The position numbers and the translations under genes were made by a program. This document shows positions 39,425 through 48,006 of a stretch of 64,000 nt of DNA, in pieces (the stretch's first letter is position 1; the number at the start of each line of letters is the position of its first letter). The DNA is from an uncultured Elusimicrobia bacterium (GTDB lineage Bacteria > Elusimicrobiota > Elusimicrobia > 2-01-FULL-59-12). The DNA is taken from contig OY969767.1 of NCBI GenBank assembly GCA_963702895.1, positions 1,024,001-1,088,000 of the forward strand. The letters run 5' to 3'. The notes beneath the pieces are model-generated. The model made no database searches. It had not been told where the DNA came from and saw only the letters and a program-made list of their open reading frames with translations.

Positions 39425-41050
39425 TTATACCAAGCCGCTCACGACTTCGAGCCAACGGCGGGTCCTGCGACTTCCCGGATGCGCTCTCGCATTGCGCTCC
39501 AGTTCTTTACGGATCAGGCTCTTTTTGGAGGGTGGGGCCGACCGCCATACCGTCTGGACCCAGTACCGGAGGTCGGCATCAGGATCCAGATGAGCAAACT
39601 CATATTGCCGAAGGACTCTCTGAAATTGAGGCAAGCGCCTTACAAAGCACAGCACGACATCATCCCAATAGATCAGGGCCCAGTCTTGGATCGGGAAATA
39701 ATATCGGAAGGTGGAGGGCAGCTGCTGTTGGGCTGGATATTTCACGACGGCGCAGGAGATGTTTCTGTGGGTCAGAAATCGTTGGAAATCCAGCGGAGGG
39801 CCCTGGGTGGCCCTGAGCATCTCAGGGAAAAGGCTCCTGTAGCCTTCCACGGCAGGATAGCGACCATCGATCAGAACGGGCGGCTCACCTTCCAGCGACC
39901 ACAAGAAGAAGCCTCCCTGCTCGTAGTCATGATAAAGAGGCGTCCGTAGGCGATTGTCTTTCAGAAACTGAACAGCATCAACCGGGAACGTGTTGGTGTT
40001 AATGCCGAACCTGGGACGGACACTCAGACAAGAAAGAAGAGGGATGATCAATAAGACGCCAACGACTTGAGGTCTGCCAAGAAGATCCGACTCTTCCGAA
40101 ATCAAGCGCAGGAGCCATGGGACAGCCCAAAGGATGAAATAGGGATAGAGCGAGGCAAAGCGCGCGCTGAGGACGCTCAAGAGGAGGCTCGTGACGATGA
40201 ACGCCCCTCCCCAAGAGCGTTTCTTCCAGAGTGTCCATCCCATCGCGGTCCAGAATAAAATCAGCGTAAGCCAATAGAGTTCCAAATGGCGAAAAGGGGT
40301 CTGGGCCCAGCCCAGGACGTGCGCTGGTGAGAGCGTGAAATCCTGCCATCCCATCCCATACACTTGCCACCCATAGGGTGTGCACAGGGTTGCAAGCACA
40401 CAAATTGTTCCATAGAGCATGAGCTTGAGGCGCGGGGCCCCTTTCTTGAGCCCCTCTGCACAGACGTAGATGCCGAGAACGATCAGCCCCAGCATAAAGC
40501 CTCTGTGCATGTTGGCCCATAAGAGAAAGGATACAGGCCAATATGTGAAGAGCCTTCGTTGGGCCTCGCCCCGGCGAAAATACAGCGTATGGTAAAGAAA
40601 CGCCATCAAACCCAACGAAACATAGCTCGCTTTTTCCTCCCACCCAAAGCCTCGGGGGTGGGCAGCCAAGAACATCCAGACGACGCCCAGAAAAGCAACG
40701 CCCGTCGGCCGTGGGTGTTCGCGATGATATCTCCCGACCATTAAAAGCAGGCCAGCGACAAAAAGGGACTTGGCCAGAATGATGCCCTTCAGGCCACCGA
40801 ACAAATAAATGAAATAGGCCAGGATTTCCTGGAGCCAATAGGTGTTCACCCAGGCGCTGCCGCGAGCGGTTAAGGAAAAAACGTCGACGCGGGGGACGGA
40901 AAGGTGTTGCACCATGTAGCGGCCGCTGGCCAGGTGCCACCATAGGTCTGGATCCTGGATAGGGCGAATGTTGTAAAGGACCATCCAGCAGAATACGACC
41001 GACCAAAAGAGCCATGTCCATCGCTTCAGAGGCCCTGCGAAGATGTTCAT
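39425..41050 (-). CDS. Uncharacterised polytopic membrane protein (GT-C-like)
   Basis: DPDLWWHLASGRY, DVFS, LWANMH, TLCTPYG and LIDGR motifs; many TM segments followed by a soluble C-terminal domain. Confidence 0.6.
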   Translation of the reverse strand: MNIFAGPLKRWTWLFWSVVFCWMVLYNIRPIQDPDLWWHLASGRYMVQHLSVPRVDVFSLTARGSAWVNTYWLQEILAYFIYLFGGLKGIILAKSLFVAGLLLMVGRYHREHPRPTGVAFLGVVWMFLAAHPRGFGWEEKASYVSLGLMAFLYHTLYFRRGEAQRRLFTYWPVSFLLWANMHRGFMLGLIVLGIYVCAEGLKKGAPRLKLMLYGTICVLATLCTPYGWQVYGMGWQDFTLSPAHVLGWAQTPFRHLELYWLTLILFWTAMGWTLWKKRSWGGAFIVTSLLLSVLSARFASLYPYFILWAVPWLLRLISEESDLLGRPQVVGVLLIIPLLSCLSVRPRFGINTNTFPVDAVQFLKDNRLRTPLYHDYEQGGFFLWSLEGEPPVLIDGRYPAVEGYRSLFPEMLRATQGPPLDFQRFLTHRNISCAVVKYPAQQQLPSTFRYYFPIQDWALIYWDDVVLCFVRRLPQFQRVLRQYEFAHLDPDADLRYWVQTVWRSAPPSKKSLIRKELERNARAHPGSRRTRRWLEVVSGLV

Positions 41051-41856
41051 GAGACGAATCGTGACATAAAGCGCGAGAGCGCGCTATTGAAGGCCGCTTC
41101 ATTTTCCAGGTTGCTCAGGTGGCCGGCTTCGGGGATGAGGACGAGTTCGGAGTCCGGGAGGCGCTGGTGCAGCTCACGTGCGGCAGAAGGCGGCGTGATG
41201 CGGTCGTCTTCTCCCACCAGAACAAGTGATGGCGCGCGCAGATTTGAGAGAGCTCCGGTGGTATCGGTCCGGGTCGCAAGGGCCACGAGAGCCTTCTGAA
41301 TACCTTCGCTCGGGCACGAAAGGATCATGTTTCGCACAGCATGGACGACGTTCGGCTTGGAAGCCCCTGTGACAGGCGAAAAGACGCTCTTCAGAAAATT
41401 GTCCGCGAAGGCTTCCATCCCCTGCTCGCGGATTATGCGCAGGTCGGCAGAGCGTTTGAGCTTGACGGCATTGGTATCGGCTTCACTACGCGTGTCACAC
41501 AGGACGAGCCCTTGTATGGTCTCCGGTGAACGCTCGGCGCAACGCAGAGCGACGTATCCCCCCATCGAAAGACCGCAAAGCACGGCCCTTGTCACGTGAA
41601 GGTGGTCCAGAAGAGTCAAGAGATCATCAACAAACGACTCAAAGAGATAAGCGTGAAGGGGCACGCTGCTCCTTCCCAACCCTCTCTGGTCATAGGTGAT
41701 GACGCGGAAATCCCGGGCAAGAAGGGCGGCCTGCGCGTCCCAGAGGGTATGGTCAAACGGGAAGCCATGAAGAAAAACCACCACCCCTTTGGCAGGTGTG
41801 GTGGTCGTTTGGGAATCGGTATAGTAAAGCGCTAGACGATCGAAGAAGCCTTCCAC
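41047..41856 (-). CDS. Alpha/beta hydrolase (enol-lactonase-like)
   Basis: FLHGFP, YDQRGLGRS, GLSMGG nucleophile elbow, VGEDD, AGHLSN; start placed at GTG 41856 (uncertain). Confidence 0.85.
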   Translation of the reverse strand: MEGFFDRLALYYTDSQTTTTPAKGVVVFLHGFPFDHTLWDAQAALLARDFRVITYDQRGLGRSSVPLHAYLFESFVDDLLTLLDHLHVTRAVLCGLSMGGYVALRCAERSPETIQGLVLCDTRSEADTNAVKLKRSADLRIIREQGMEAFADNFLKSVFSPVTGASKPNVVHAVRNMILSCPSEGIQKALVALATRTDTTGALSNLRAPSLVLVGEDDRITPPSAARELHQRLPDSELVLIPEAGHLSNLENEAAFNSALSRFMSRFVS

Positions 41857-42071
41857 GCAGGCGATTTTATCATGTGCCGATGCGTGAAGACTTTCAGAAG
41901 CTCCGGTGCCTGCGTCCTGAGATAGGTCCCGATAAAACAGATCAGGGCACACGTCAGGCCGGCGAAGCACGCCCATTTGAGAGCGGGATTCATGCCGAAG
42001 GCATAGTCGGGATTCCGGTAGAGCACTCCGAGCGATGATGCGAAGAGAAAATAGAGTCCTGTTTTCAGCAT
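41832..42071 (-). CDS. Small hypothetical membrane protein (79 aa)
   Basis: AGGAGG 9 nt upstream of ATG 42071; two hydrophobic segments. Confidence 0.5.
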   Translation of the reverse strand: MLKTGLYFLFASSLGVLYRNPDYAFGMNPALKWACFAGLTCALICFIGTYLRTQAPELLKVFTHRHMIKSPAWKASSIV

Positions 42072-42334
42072 AGGTCATAGCCTCCTGCTAGTTGCCTTTT
42101 CTTGAATCCAGTGTGAGGAAAGACCGGATTTTTGGCAAGAGGCAAAGCCCAAGGTAAAGAGATAATAATTCATGTGAACGAAGGCAAAAATCGGACGATA
42201 GCAATAATCTCTTTTAGCTTGAATTCCAGGTGTAAATCTGTATTGGCAGGATGAGAGATTTGCGTCGAGATGCGCGGCGTGGTGTGATTTTTTTGCACGA
42301 CCGACACGGAATGTCGTGCCGTATTCAGGGCTAG

Positions 42335-42480
42335 CCGGGAATCTGCAGTTGTCGTCATCCCGGTGAAAACCGGGATCCAGTCCATCGCCGTTGAACTGGG
42401 CCCCGGCTTTCGCCGGGGTGACGGCACAAAAAAGTGCATCGAGTTCAGACGATGACGCAAAATGAACCGAAGATTTCCGG
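42335..42480. mobile_element. 146-bp MITE-like element, copy A
   Basis: Imperfect 16-bp TIRs (CCGGGAATCTGCAGTT vs CCGGAAATCTTCGGTT, 13/16); flanked by CTAG direct repeats (42331-34, 42481-84); 143/146 identical to the inverted copy at 58777-58922. Confidence 0.85.
42353..42423. repeat. REP-like palindromic doublet nested in MITE copy A
   Basis: CGTCATCCCGGTGAAAACCGGGATCCAG ... CTGGGCCCCGGCTTTCGCCGGGGTGACG: two hairpins that are also imperfect inverted copies of each other. Confidence 0.75.
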
Positions 42481-44205
42481 CTAGTGGAGGAGTTGCAAAT
42501 TGTGGAGCTTAAAGTAGGTCCCTTCTTTGGCGAGGAGGGCCGCGTGGCTGCCTTCTTCAATGATGCGGCCATGGTCCAACACAACGATCCGGTCCGCTCG
42601 GCGAACGGTCGACAGGCGATGGGCGATCACCAGGGCGGTTCTATTTTCCATGAGACGTTCGAGGGCCTCCTGAACGAGTCGCTCCGATTCCGCATCCAAT
42701 GCCGAGGTGGCTTCATCGAGGAGCAGGATCGGCGGGTTCTTCAGGAGAGCGCGCGCGATCGAGAGGCGCTGACGTTCTCCACCGGAGAGGCGCGTGCCGC
42801 GCTCGCCAATGAGCGTATCGTACCCCTGAGGCAGTCTTTGAATGAAGGTGTGAGCATTGGCGGCCGTGGCAGCCCCTTCAATTTCGACTTGGGAGGCCTC
42901 TGGGCGTCCATAAGCGATGTTATAGCGAACGGTCTCGTTAAAAAGGAGCACTTCCTGGGTGACAAGACCAATTTGTTTCCGGAGTGATGAAAAAGTGGCA
43001 TAACGGATGTCCTGGCCATCCAGGAGAATTCGTCCCGAGGAGGGGTCATAGAACCGGGGCAGGAGGAGTGCCAGTGTTGATTTTCCCGCACCCGAAGCGC
43101 CCACTAAAGCCACGATTTCTCCCGCCTTGACCTGGAGCGATATGCTCGTCAGCGCGGGGCGCTCATGATGGGGGTACTTGAACGTCACATTCTCATAAGT
43201 AATCGATTGCGAAAATGCTGGAAAGATTTTTGCATCAACAGCTTCGGCAATCATCGGCACTCGGTCAATGAGCTCAAAAACACGCTCCGAAGAAGCCAAA
43301 CCGAGCTGGAGCTGAGCATTCAGTTCGGCAAAATTTTTAAGCGGCCGGTAGGTCATCACGGCATAAGCAATAAACGCTAGAAAGGAACCCGCTGTCCAGA
43401 CGCCATGGACGACATCCGCGCCACCCTTCCAGAGGAGGAGGGAGAGGATTAAGGCTCCTACCAATTCCATGAGGGGGCTGGACACGGTATCGGCCTGAGC
43501 AAAACGCAGACCCAGGTGCAGAAAGCGGGCGTTGGACTTCTGAAACCGTTCCGATTCCACCTTCTCAGCGCTATAAGCCTTCACCACGGGTGCGGCAAGG
43601 ATATTTTCCTGAATGACGGTGTAAAGGTCACCCATTTGTTCCTGACCTTTTCTTCCGACCTTCCGCAGGCGCTTGCCAAGAAAGATGATGATGGCGGCTG
43701 AAAAGGGAAGAATCGCAAGCGTCAGCAGGGCAAAGCGCCAATTGAGATAAAAAATGAGACCGATATTAAAGATCGCCGTGAGACCATCACGAATAAAGTA
43801 GACCGGCGCCCGTGCGATGACATTTTGCAGGGCTGATAAATCATTGGTAAACCTGGCCATTACTTTCCCGGTCGATGTCCCAGCAAAAAAATCCAAAGAG
43901 AGGTCCTGCAGATGATTAAAGAGTTTTTGGCGGATATCATTCACGGCCCGGAGGCCAACGGAGGCCATCAGATAATTCTGGACATAGGAGAAAAATCCAA
44001 GGCCCAAGGAGATGGTCGGAACAGCCCAGAGAAGCGTTTGAAGCATCGACATGTCGTGGGCCAGGAACACCTTGTCCTGGAGGGGCTTCACCAGGTAGAT
44101 GCGAAGGGCGTTCAGCGCGGCGACCATCCCCATGCAAAGGATGGCCACCATGAGCCTGGCAAGATAAGGTTGCAGGTAAATGGAAAGGCGTTTGAAAAGC
44201 TTCAT
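42481..44205 (-). CDS. msbA: Lipid A export ABC transporter (permease plus ATPase)
   Basis: TM domain, GASGAGKST, LSGGERQR, LLLDEATSALD, IAHRLSTV; follows lpxB. Confidence 0.88.
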   Translation of the reverse strand: MKLFKRLSIYLQPYLARLMVAILCMGMVAALNALRIYLVKPLQDKVFLAHDMSMLQTLLWAVPTISLGLGFFSYVQNYLMASVGLRAVNDIRQKLFNHLQDLSLDFFAGTSTGKVMARFTNDLSALQNVIARAPVYFIRDGLTAIFNIGLIFYLNWRFALLTLAILPFSAAIIIFLGKRLRKVGRKGQEQMGDLYTVIQENILAAPVVKAYSAEKVESERFQKSNARFLHLGLRFAQADTVSSPLMELVGALILSLLLWKGGADVVHGVWTAGSFLAFIAYAVMTYRPLKNFAELNAQLQLGLASSERVFELIDRVPMIAEAVDAKIFPAFSQSITYENVTFKYPHHERPALTSISLQVKAGEIVALVGASGAGKSTLALLLPRFYDPSSGRILLDGQDIRYATFSSLRKQIGLVTQEVLLFNETVRYNIAYGRPEASQVEIEGAATAANAHTFIQRLPQGYDTLIGERGTRLSGGERQRLSIARALLKNPPILLLDEATSALDAESERLVQEALERLMENRTALVIAHRLSTVRRADRIVVLDHGRIIEEGSHAALLAKEGTYFKLHNLQLLH

Positions 44206-45305
44206 GCGATCATCTCCAGGATGACATCAGCCGCCCGGGAACTCCCCCCCTCTTGGAGGGTGGCGCGGAGCGATAGTAAGGTGTGTCGTACACTTTCCCG
44301 CTGACGGGCATCGCTCAAGAGCGGCAACGCGTCCTCAAAGAGCTGTTCCGGTGTGGCGGCGGCCTGGATCCGCTCAGGGACGACGGATTTTCCTGCAAGG
44401 AGATTCGGGATGCCCACAAAGGGCACCTGGATGAGGCTTCTTGCGATCCAGTAGGTCAGCGTGGAGAGCTTATACATGATAATCATCGGTATGCCCAAGA
44501 GCATGTTCTCAAGGGCTGCCGTGCCAGAAACGCCGATGGCAAGCCATAGACTCTTGCGTGTGTCATAAAGTGGGTCGGTCGAGATCTCGATCCAGGGTTC
44601 AAGACGGACAAGGGAAGCGTAAAACTCTTGGCTCATTTCGTCAGGTCGAAAGAGAACACATCGCAGTTCCGGAAAGTGAGCATGTAAGCGCTTTGCCGTT
44701 TCGACAAGGACGGGGAGATGGCGGCGGATCGTGCCTGGGCGTGAGCCCGGGAGGATCCCGATCGTCGGGGTTCGAGCGGGCGAACCGGGTTCCGGCATCC
44801 TTTCCAGGAGCGGATGCCCAACAAAAGTGGCAGGCACTCCAGCCTTTTTGTAGAGCGCAAGCTCAAATGGGAAGATGACCAGCATCCGGTCCACCACCGC
44901 GGCCAGTTTCTGAATGCGTCCGGCGCGGCTAGCCCAAACCTGCGGGCTGATGTAATAGGCCACGGGAATGCCCCGGCCATGAGCCAAGCGCGCCATCTTG
45001 ATGTTGAAACCGTAATAATCCATCGGTATGACAAGATCCGGCCGGTCCAGCATGATGAGCTTTTTGACCTCCCTGTAAGCTTTCCATAACTCGGGAAGCT
45101 TCAAGAGGGGTTCCCAAAACCCAAACCCCCCCACCTCCACTAGGGGGTATAAGAACGCGTCGCTGGCGCTGCGCAGTTGGGGGCCTCCCAGGGAGCTCAC
45201 CCTGATCTCAGGGCGGCGGCGCTTGAGCGCCGCGACGAGCGCAGCGCCATGCCGGTCCGCGGAAGGATCACCCGCGATGATCAGAAGATGGGAAGGCTTA
45301 GACAT
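44202..45305 (-). CDS. lpxB: Lipid-A-disaccharide synthase
   Basis: IAGDPSADRHG, DYYGFN, YYISPQVWASR, IFPFE, FVGHPL, LPGSR, SGTAALE. Confidence 0.94.
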   Translation of the reverse strand: MSKPSHLLIIAGDPSADRHGAALVAALKRRRPEIRVSSLGGPQLRSASDAFLYPLVEVGGFGFWEPLLKLPELWKAYREVKKLIMLDRPDLVIPMDYYGFNIKMARLAHGRGIPVAYYISPQVWASRAGRIQKLAAVVDRMLVIFPFELALYKKAGVPATFVGHPLLERMPEPGSPARTPTIGILPGSRPGTIRRHLPVLVETAKRLHAHFPELRCVLFRPDEMSQEFYASLVRLEPWIEISTDPLYDTRKSLWLAIGVSGTAALENMLLGIPMIIMYKLSTLTYWIARSLIQVPFVGIPNLLAGKSVVPERIQAAATPEQLFEDALPLLSDARQRESVRHTLLSLRATLQEGGSSRAADVILEMIA

Positions 45306-46290
45306 AGACTCTGAGCTGTTTCAGGATTTCTTGCGCCAGCTGCAGCGCGTCTCGTCCGTGTTCCCCTGCCACTAAAGGTGGGCGCTTCTCCTTGACGCAT
45401 TCGAGAAAATGGCTGATCTCGAGCCCCAGGGGGTCATGCTTGGGAAGCCGGGGCGTGATCACCTGAACATCAGACAGGCTCCGAACGAGTTCAGATTTCT
45501 TGCGATAGACCTTCAGCTCGGGCAATGCATAGTCCAGCGAAAGATAAGCATTATGCTGAAACACTCGTATTCGGCGGTATTTCTTAAGTGAAATGCGGGA
45601 CGCGGACAGGTCCGCGATACAACCACCCTCAAAATGAATCCTCACCTTGGCAATATCTTCATGCCTCGAAAGGACTTTGGCTCCGAAGGCCTCCACCCGC
45701 CTTACGGGGCGGTTCACAAGAAAAAGAACAATGTCCAGGTCATGGATCATGAGGTCCAGGACCACGCCGATCTCGGCCACGCGGGGGTCGAAGGGCCCTA
45801 AACGATTGACTTCGATAAACTGGGGATGGTCGATGTGCTTGACCGCTTCCATGACCGCGGGATTAAAACGTTCGATATGGCCCACCTGCAGGACACACTG
45901 GTTTTGCGCCGCGAGCTGGATCAGCGCTTCCGCCTCCTCGACGGTCGAGGCGAGAGGTTTTTCGATGAGGCAGGATACACCTTGTCCCAGGAATTGCCGC
46001 GCGACCTCGTAATGGGATGGGGTAGGGGTCGCGACGATGACAGCGTCAAGCAAGCCCCGGAGCCGAGCGGAATCCGTGAACGCTTCCGTTCTGAATTTTC
46101 TCGCGGCGAGGCGGGCCTGCTCAGGGTTTGCGTCGAGAACGCCGATGAGGGCCGCGGCCTTTGACCGGGCGAGGTGCTTCAGATGGAATTGCCCCATGCG
46201 ACCGGCGCCAAGGACGGCGACGCGAAGGCGGCCTATCTCCGGGTGCTTGTCCTTTGACTTAAACGCCTGTAAGAGTGAGCTGAGCGGCAT
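45298..46290 (-). CDS. Gfo/Idh/MocA oxidoreductase, probable GnnA (UDP-GlcNAc 3-dehydrogenase)
   Basis: GAGRMGQFH, ATPT..H, LIEKP, QVGHIERFNPA, VVLDLMIHDLD, SASRIS; positioned between lpxI and lpxB. Confidence 0.75.
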   Translation of the reverse strand: MPLSSLLQAFKSKDKHPEIGRLRVAVLGAGRMGQFHLKHLARSKAAALIGVLDANPEQARLAARKFRTEAFTDSARLRGLLDAVIVATPTPSHYEVARQFLGQGVSCLIEKPLASTVEEAEALIQLAAQNQCVLQVGHIERFNPAVMEAVKHIDHPQFIEVNRLGPFDPRVAEIGVVLDLMIHDLDIVLFLVNRPVRRVEAFGAKVLSRHEDIAKVRIHFEGGCIADLSASRISLKKYRRIRVFQHNAYLSLDYALPELKVYRKKSELVRSLSDVQVITPRLPKHDPLGLEISHFLECVKEKRPPLVAGEHGRDALQLAQEILKQLRVYV

Positions 46291-47062
46291 TAGCGTCCTT
46301 AAGGAGCTGTTCTTTTTCAAGGAGAAGCGTTTTCCCCGCCTCAAGCGCCATCACGCGGGAGCCTGCGGCCTGCAGAGAGGCGAGGGTTTTTGGACCGATG
46401 ACGGGAATATCGAACCGGAGGTCCTGATTGGGCCTGGCCATCTTGATCACGACACAGCCCGGGCCGGCGATTTCCCCTGCTCGTCGTATGCAGGCATCCG
46501 TTCCTTCCATGGCCTCGACGGCGACAACCGTTTTGTCCTTCACAATAAGGGTCTGTCCGATGTCATGACCGGCAATCGCCCTGGTGAGCGGAATGCCAAA
46601 GTCAATATCGGCCTTCTCCTCTGATGTCAGCGCCCGGCGGGTCATCGTGCCCTGGGCGCTGAGCCAGCTTTCCAGGTAGGTCGTGGAAGGCAAAAAATGA
46701 ATTCCCTCGGACTCAAACTCCGCAATCACCGTGCCCAGGAGCGACTCCGCCTTTTTGTTGACGAGCTTCGTCAGAAGCTTGGCCGCGCGCCAGTCCGGCA
46801 GGATGTTCCGGAAAAGCTGCGTGTGCTTCACCTGGCCGGCCATCACGGCTTCCTTGACGCCATGGTCTTTAAAAAAGGAAATGGTTTTGCCCAGCTGCCC
46901 AATCGAAAGCCATGTGAGCTCATCCGCCCACTTCTCAAGGGCAGGATCCGCCTCTTCCTTGAGCGCCACCGCAATGATGGTATCGCCGCGCCTTTTGGCT
47001 TCCTGTGCCAAAAGGATTGGGAATTTGCCGTTCCCGGCAATCAGCCCAAGGGCTTTAGGCAT
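46259..47062 (-). CDS. lpxI: UDP-2,3-diacylglucosamine diphosphatase LpxI
   Basis: GLIAGNGKFP, VMAGQV, DIGQT, VAVEAMEGTD.CI.R, QDLRFDIPVIG; ATG 47062. Confidence 0.93.
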   Translation of the reverse strand: MPKALGLIAGNGKFPILLAQEAKRRGDTIIAVALKEEADPALEKWADELTWLSIGQLGKTISFFKDHGVKEAVMAGQVKHTQLFRNILPDWRAAKLLTKLVNKKAESLLGTVIAEFESEGIHFLPSTTYLESWLSAQGTMTRRALTSEEKADIDFGIPLTRAIAGHDIGQTLIVKDKTVVAVEAMEGTDACIRRAGEIAGPGCVVIKMARPNQDLRFDIPVIGPKTLASLQAAGSRVMALEAGKTLLLEKEQLLKDANAAQLTLTGV

Positions 47063-47876
47063 TTTCGGATGGTTCGTCTTTCGAGGATGGTCGGCAGATA
47101 CCGCGCTGGCTTTGTTGGATGAAGGCCAGAAATTCCATAACCGGTTGGGGTCGTTCCGTCTTAAGGAGGCGTGCCACGTGATCTTTAAGAGGAGCGGATG
47201 GATCAAAGACCTCCCGGAAGACGATCTTTAAGTCCTTGATCATCTCTTGAGCAAATCCCCGCCGCCGAAGACCCACCAGGTTCAAGCCTGCCAAGCGCGC
47301 GCGGTCTCCCCATGCGAGGGCAAAAGGCGGGATGTCGAGCGGTACCATGGCGCCAGCGCCGATCATCGCGAGTTTGCCGACACGCACAAATTGGTGCAAG
47401 CCCACCATGCCGCCGATGACCGACCAGTCGCCCACCTCACAGTGTCCGGCGACCGCGACGGAGTTCGCGAGAATGACTTCGTTTCCAATCACGCAGTCAT
47501 GGGCCACGTGGGAATAGGCCATAAAAAGGCAGCGCGACCCGATACGCGTCACGCCCGTGGCGGAGGTGCCGCGGTTGAGCGTCGCGGCTTCCCGTACGAT
47601 ACAGCCGGCGCCCATCGTCAATCGTGTCGGCTCGCCACGGTACTTCAAGTCCTGGGGCGCGGTGCCCACAAAGGCGCCCGCGTGGATCTGGCAACCTTCT
47701 CCAACATCGGCAAATTCCACAACGGCATGCGGGCCAACGGAGACGCGCGGCCCAAGCACCGTTTCTTCGCCGATGATGGCATAGGGGCCGACTTTGGCTG
47801 TAGGGTCCACCCGCGCGGTGGGATGAACGAGGGCGGTGGGATGAAGGAGAGACTCGCTCGTGGTGCCTGTGCTCAC
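47055..47876 (-). CDS. lpxA: Acyl-ACP--UDP-N-acetylglucosamine acyltransferase
   Basis: HPTALV hexapeptide repeats, APQDLKYRGE, LNRGT, MAYSHVAHDC, HQFVRVG, GLNLVGLRRRGF; start GTG 47876 (alternative ATG 47912). Confidence 0.94.
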   Translation of the reverse strand: MSTGTTSESLLHPTALVHPTARVDPTAKVGPYAIIGEETVLGPRVSVGPHAVVEFADVGEGCQIHAGAFVGTAPQDLKYRGEPTRLTMGAGCIVREAATLNRGTSATGVTRIGSRCLFMAYSHVAHDCVIGNEVILANSVAVAGHCEVGDWSVIGGMVGLHQFVRVGKLAMIGAGAMVPLDIPPFALAWGDRARLAGLNLVGLRRRGFAQEMIKDLKIVFREVFDPSAPLKDHVARLLKTERPQPVMEFLAFIQQSQRGICRPSSKDEPSENA

Positions 47877-48006
47877 CCCACCACCTCTTTCTTTGCTTTT
47901 ACTCGCATGCATGAAGCCATGTTATTGATCAGAGCAAGTGTGTAAATCCTAATCCGCAGTAGCAGACTGGGGGTCACTTGCGATCGCGAAGAAAGAGGTG
48001 GTGGGG
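47876..48006. mobile_element. 131-bp MITE-like insertion between fabZ and lpxA
   Basis: Perfect 18-bp TIRs CCCCACCACCTCTTTCTT (47876-93, inverted at 47989-48006); flanked by TCA direct repeats (47873-75, 48007-09). Confidence 0.75.

Noticed and set aside
39999..41102. 367-aa - strand alternative-frame ORF
   Set aside because: Overlaps the better-supported membrane protein; Arg/Pro-rich off-frame composition
42080..42330. TPP riboswitch or sigma54 promoter upstream of the thiSG-containing operon
   Set aside because: No TPP core motifs; the GG...GC candidate has 11-nt rather than 10-nt spacing
42075..42584. ORFs 42075-42584, 42170-42460, 58797-59270 and 58802-59140 sharing peptide sequence
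   Set aside because: The shared peptides are translations of the two MITE copies, not a gene family
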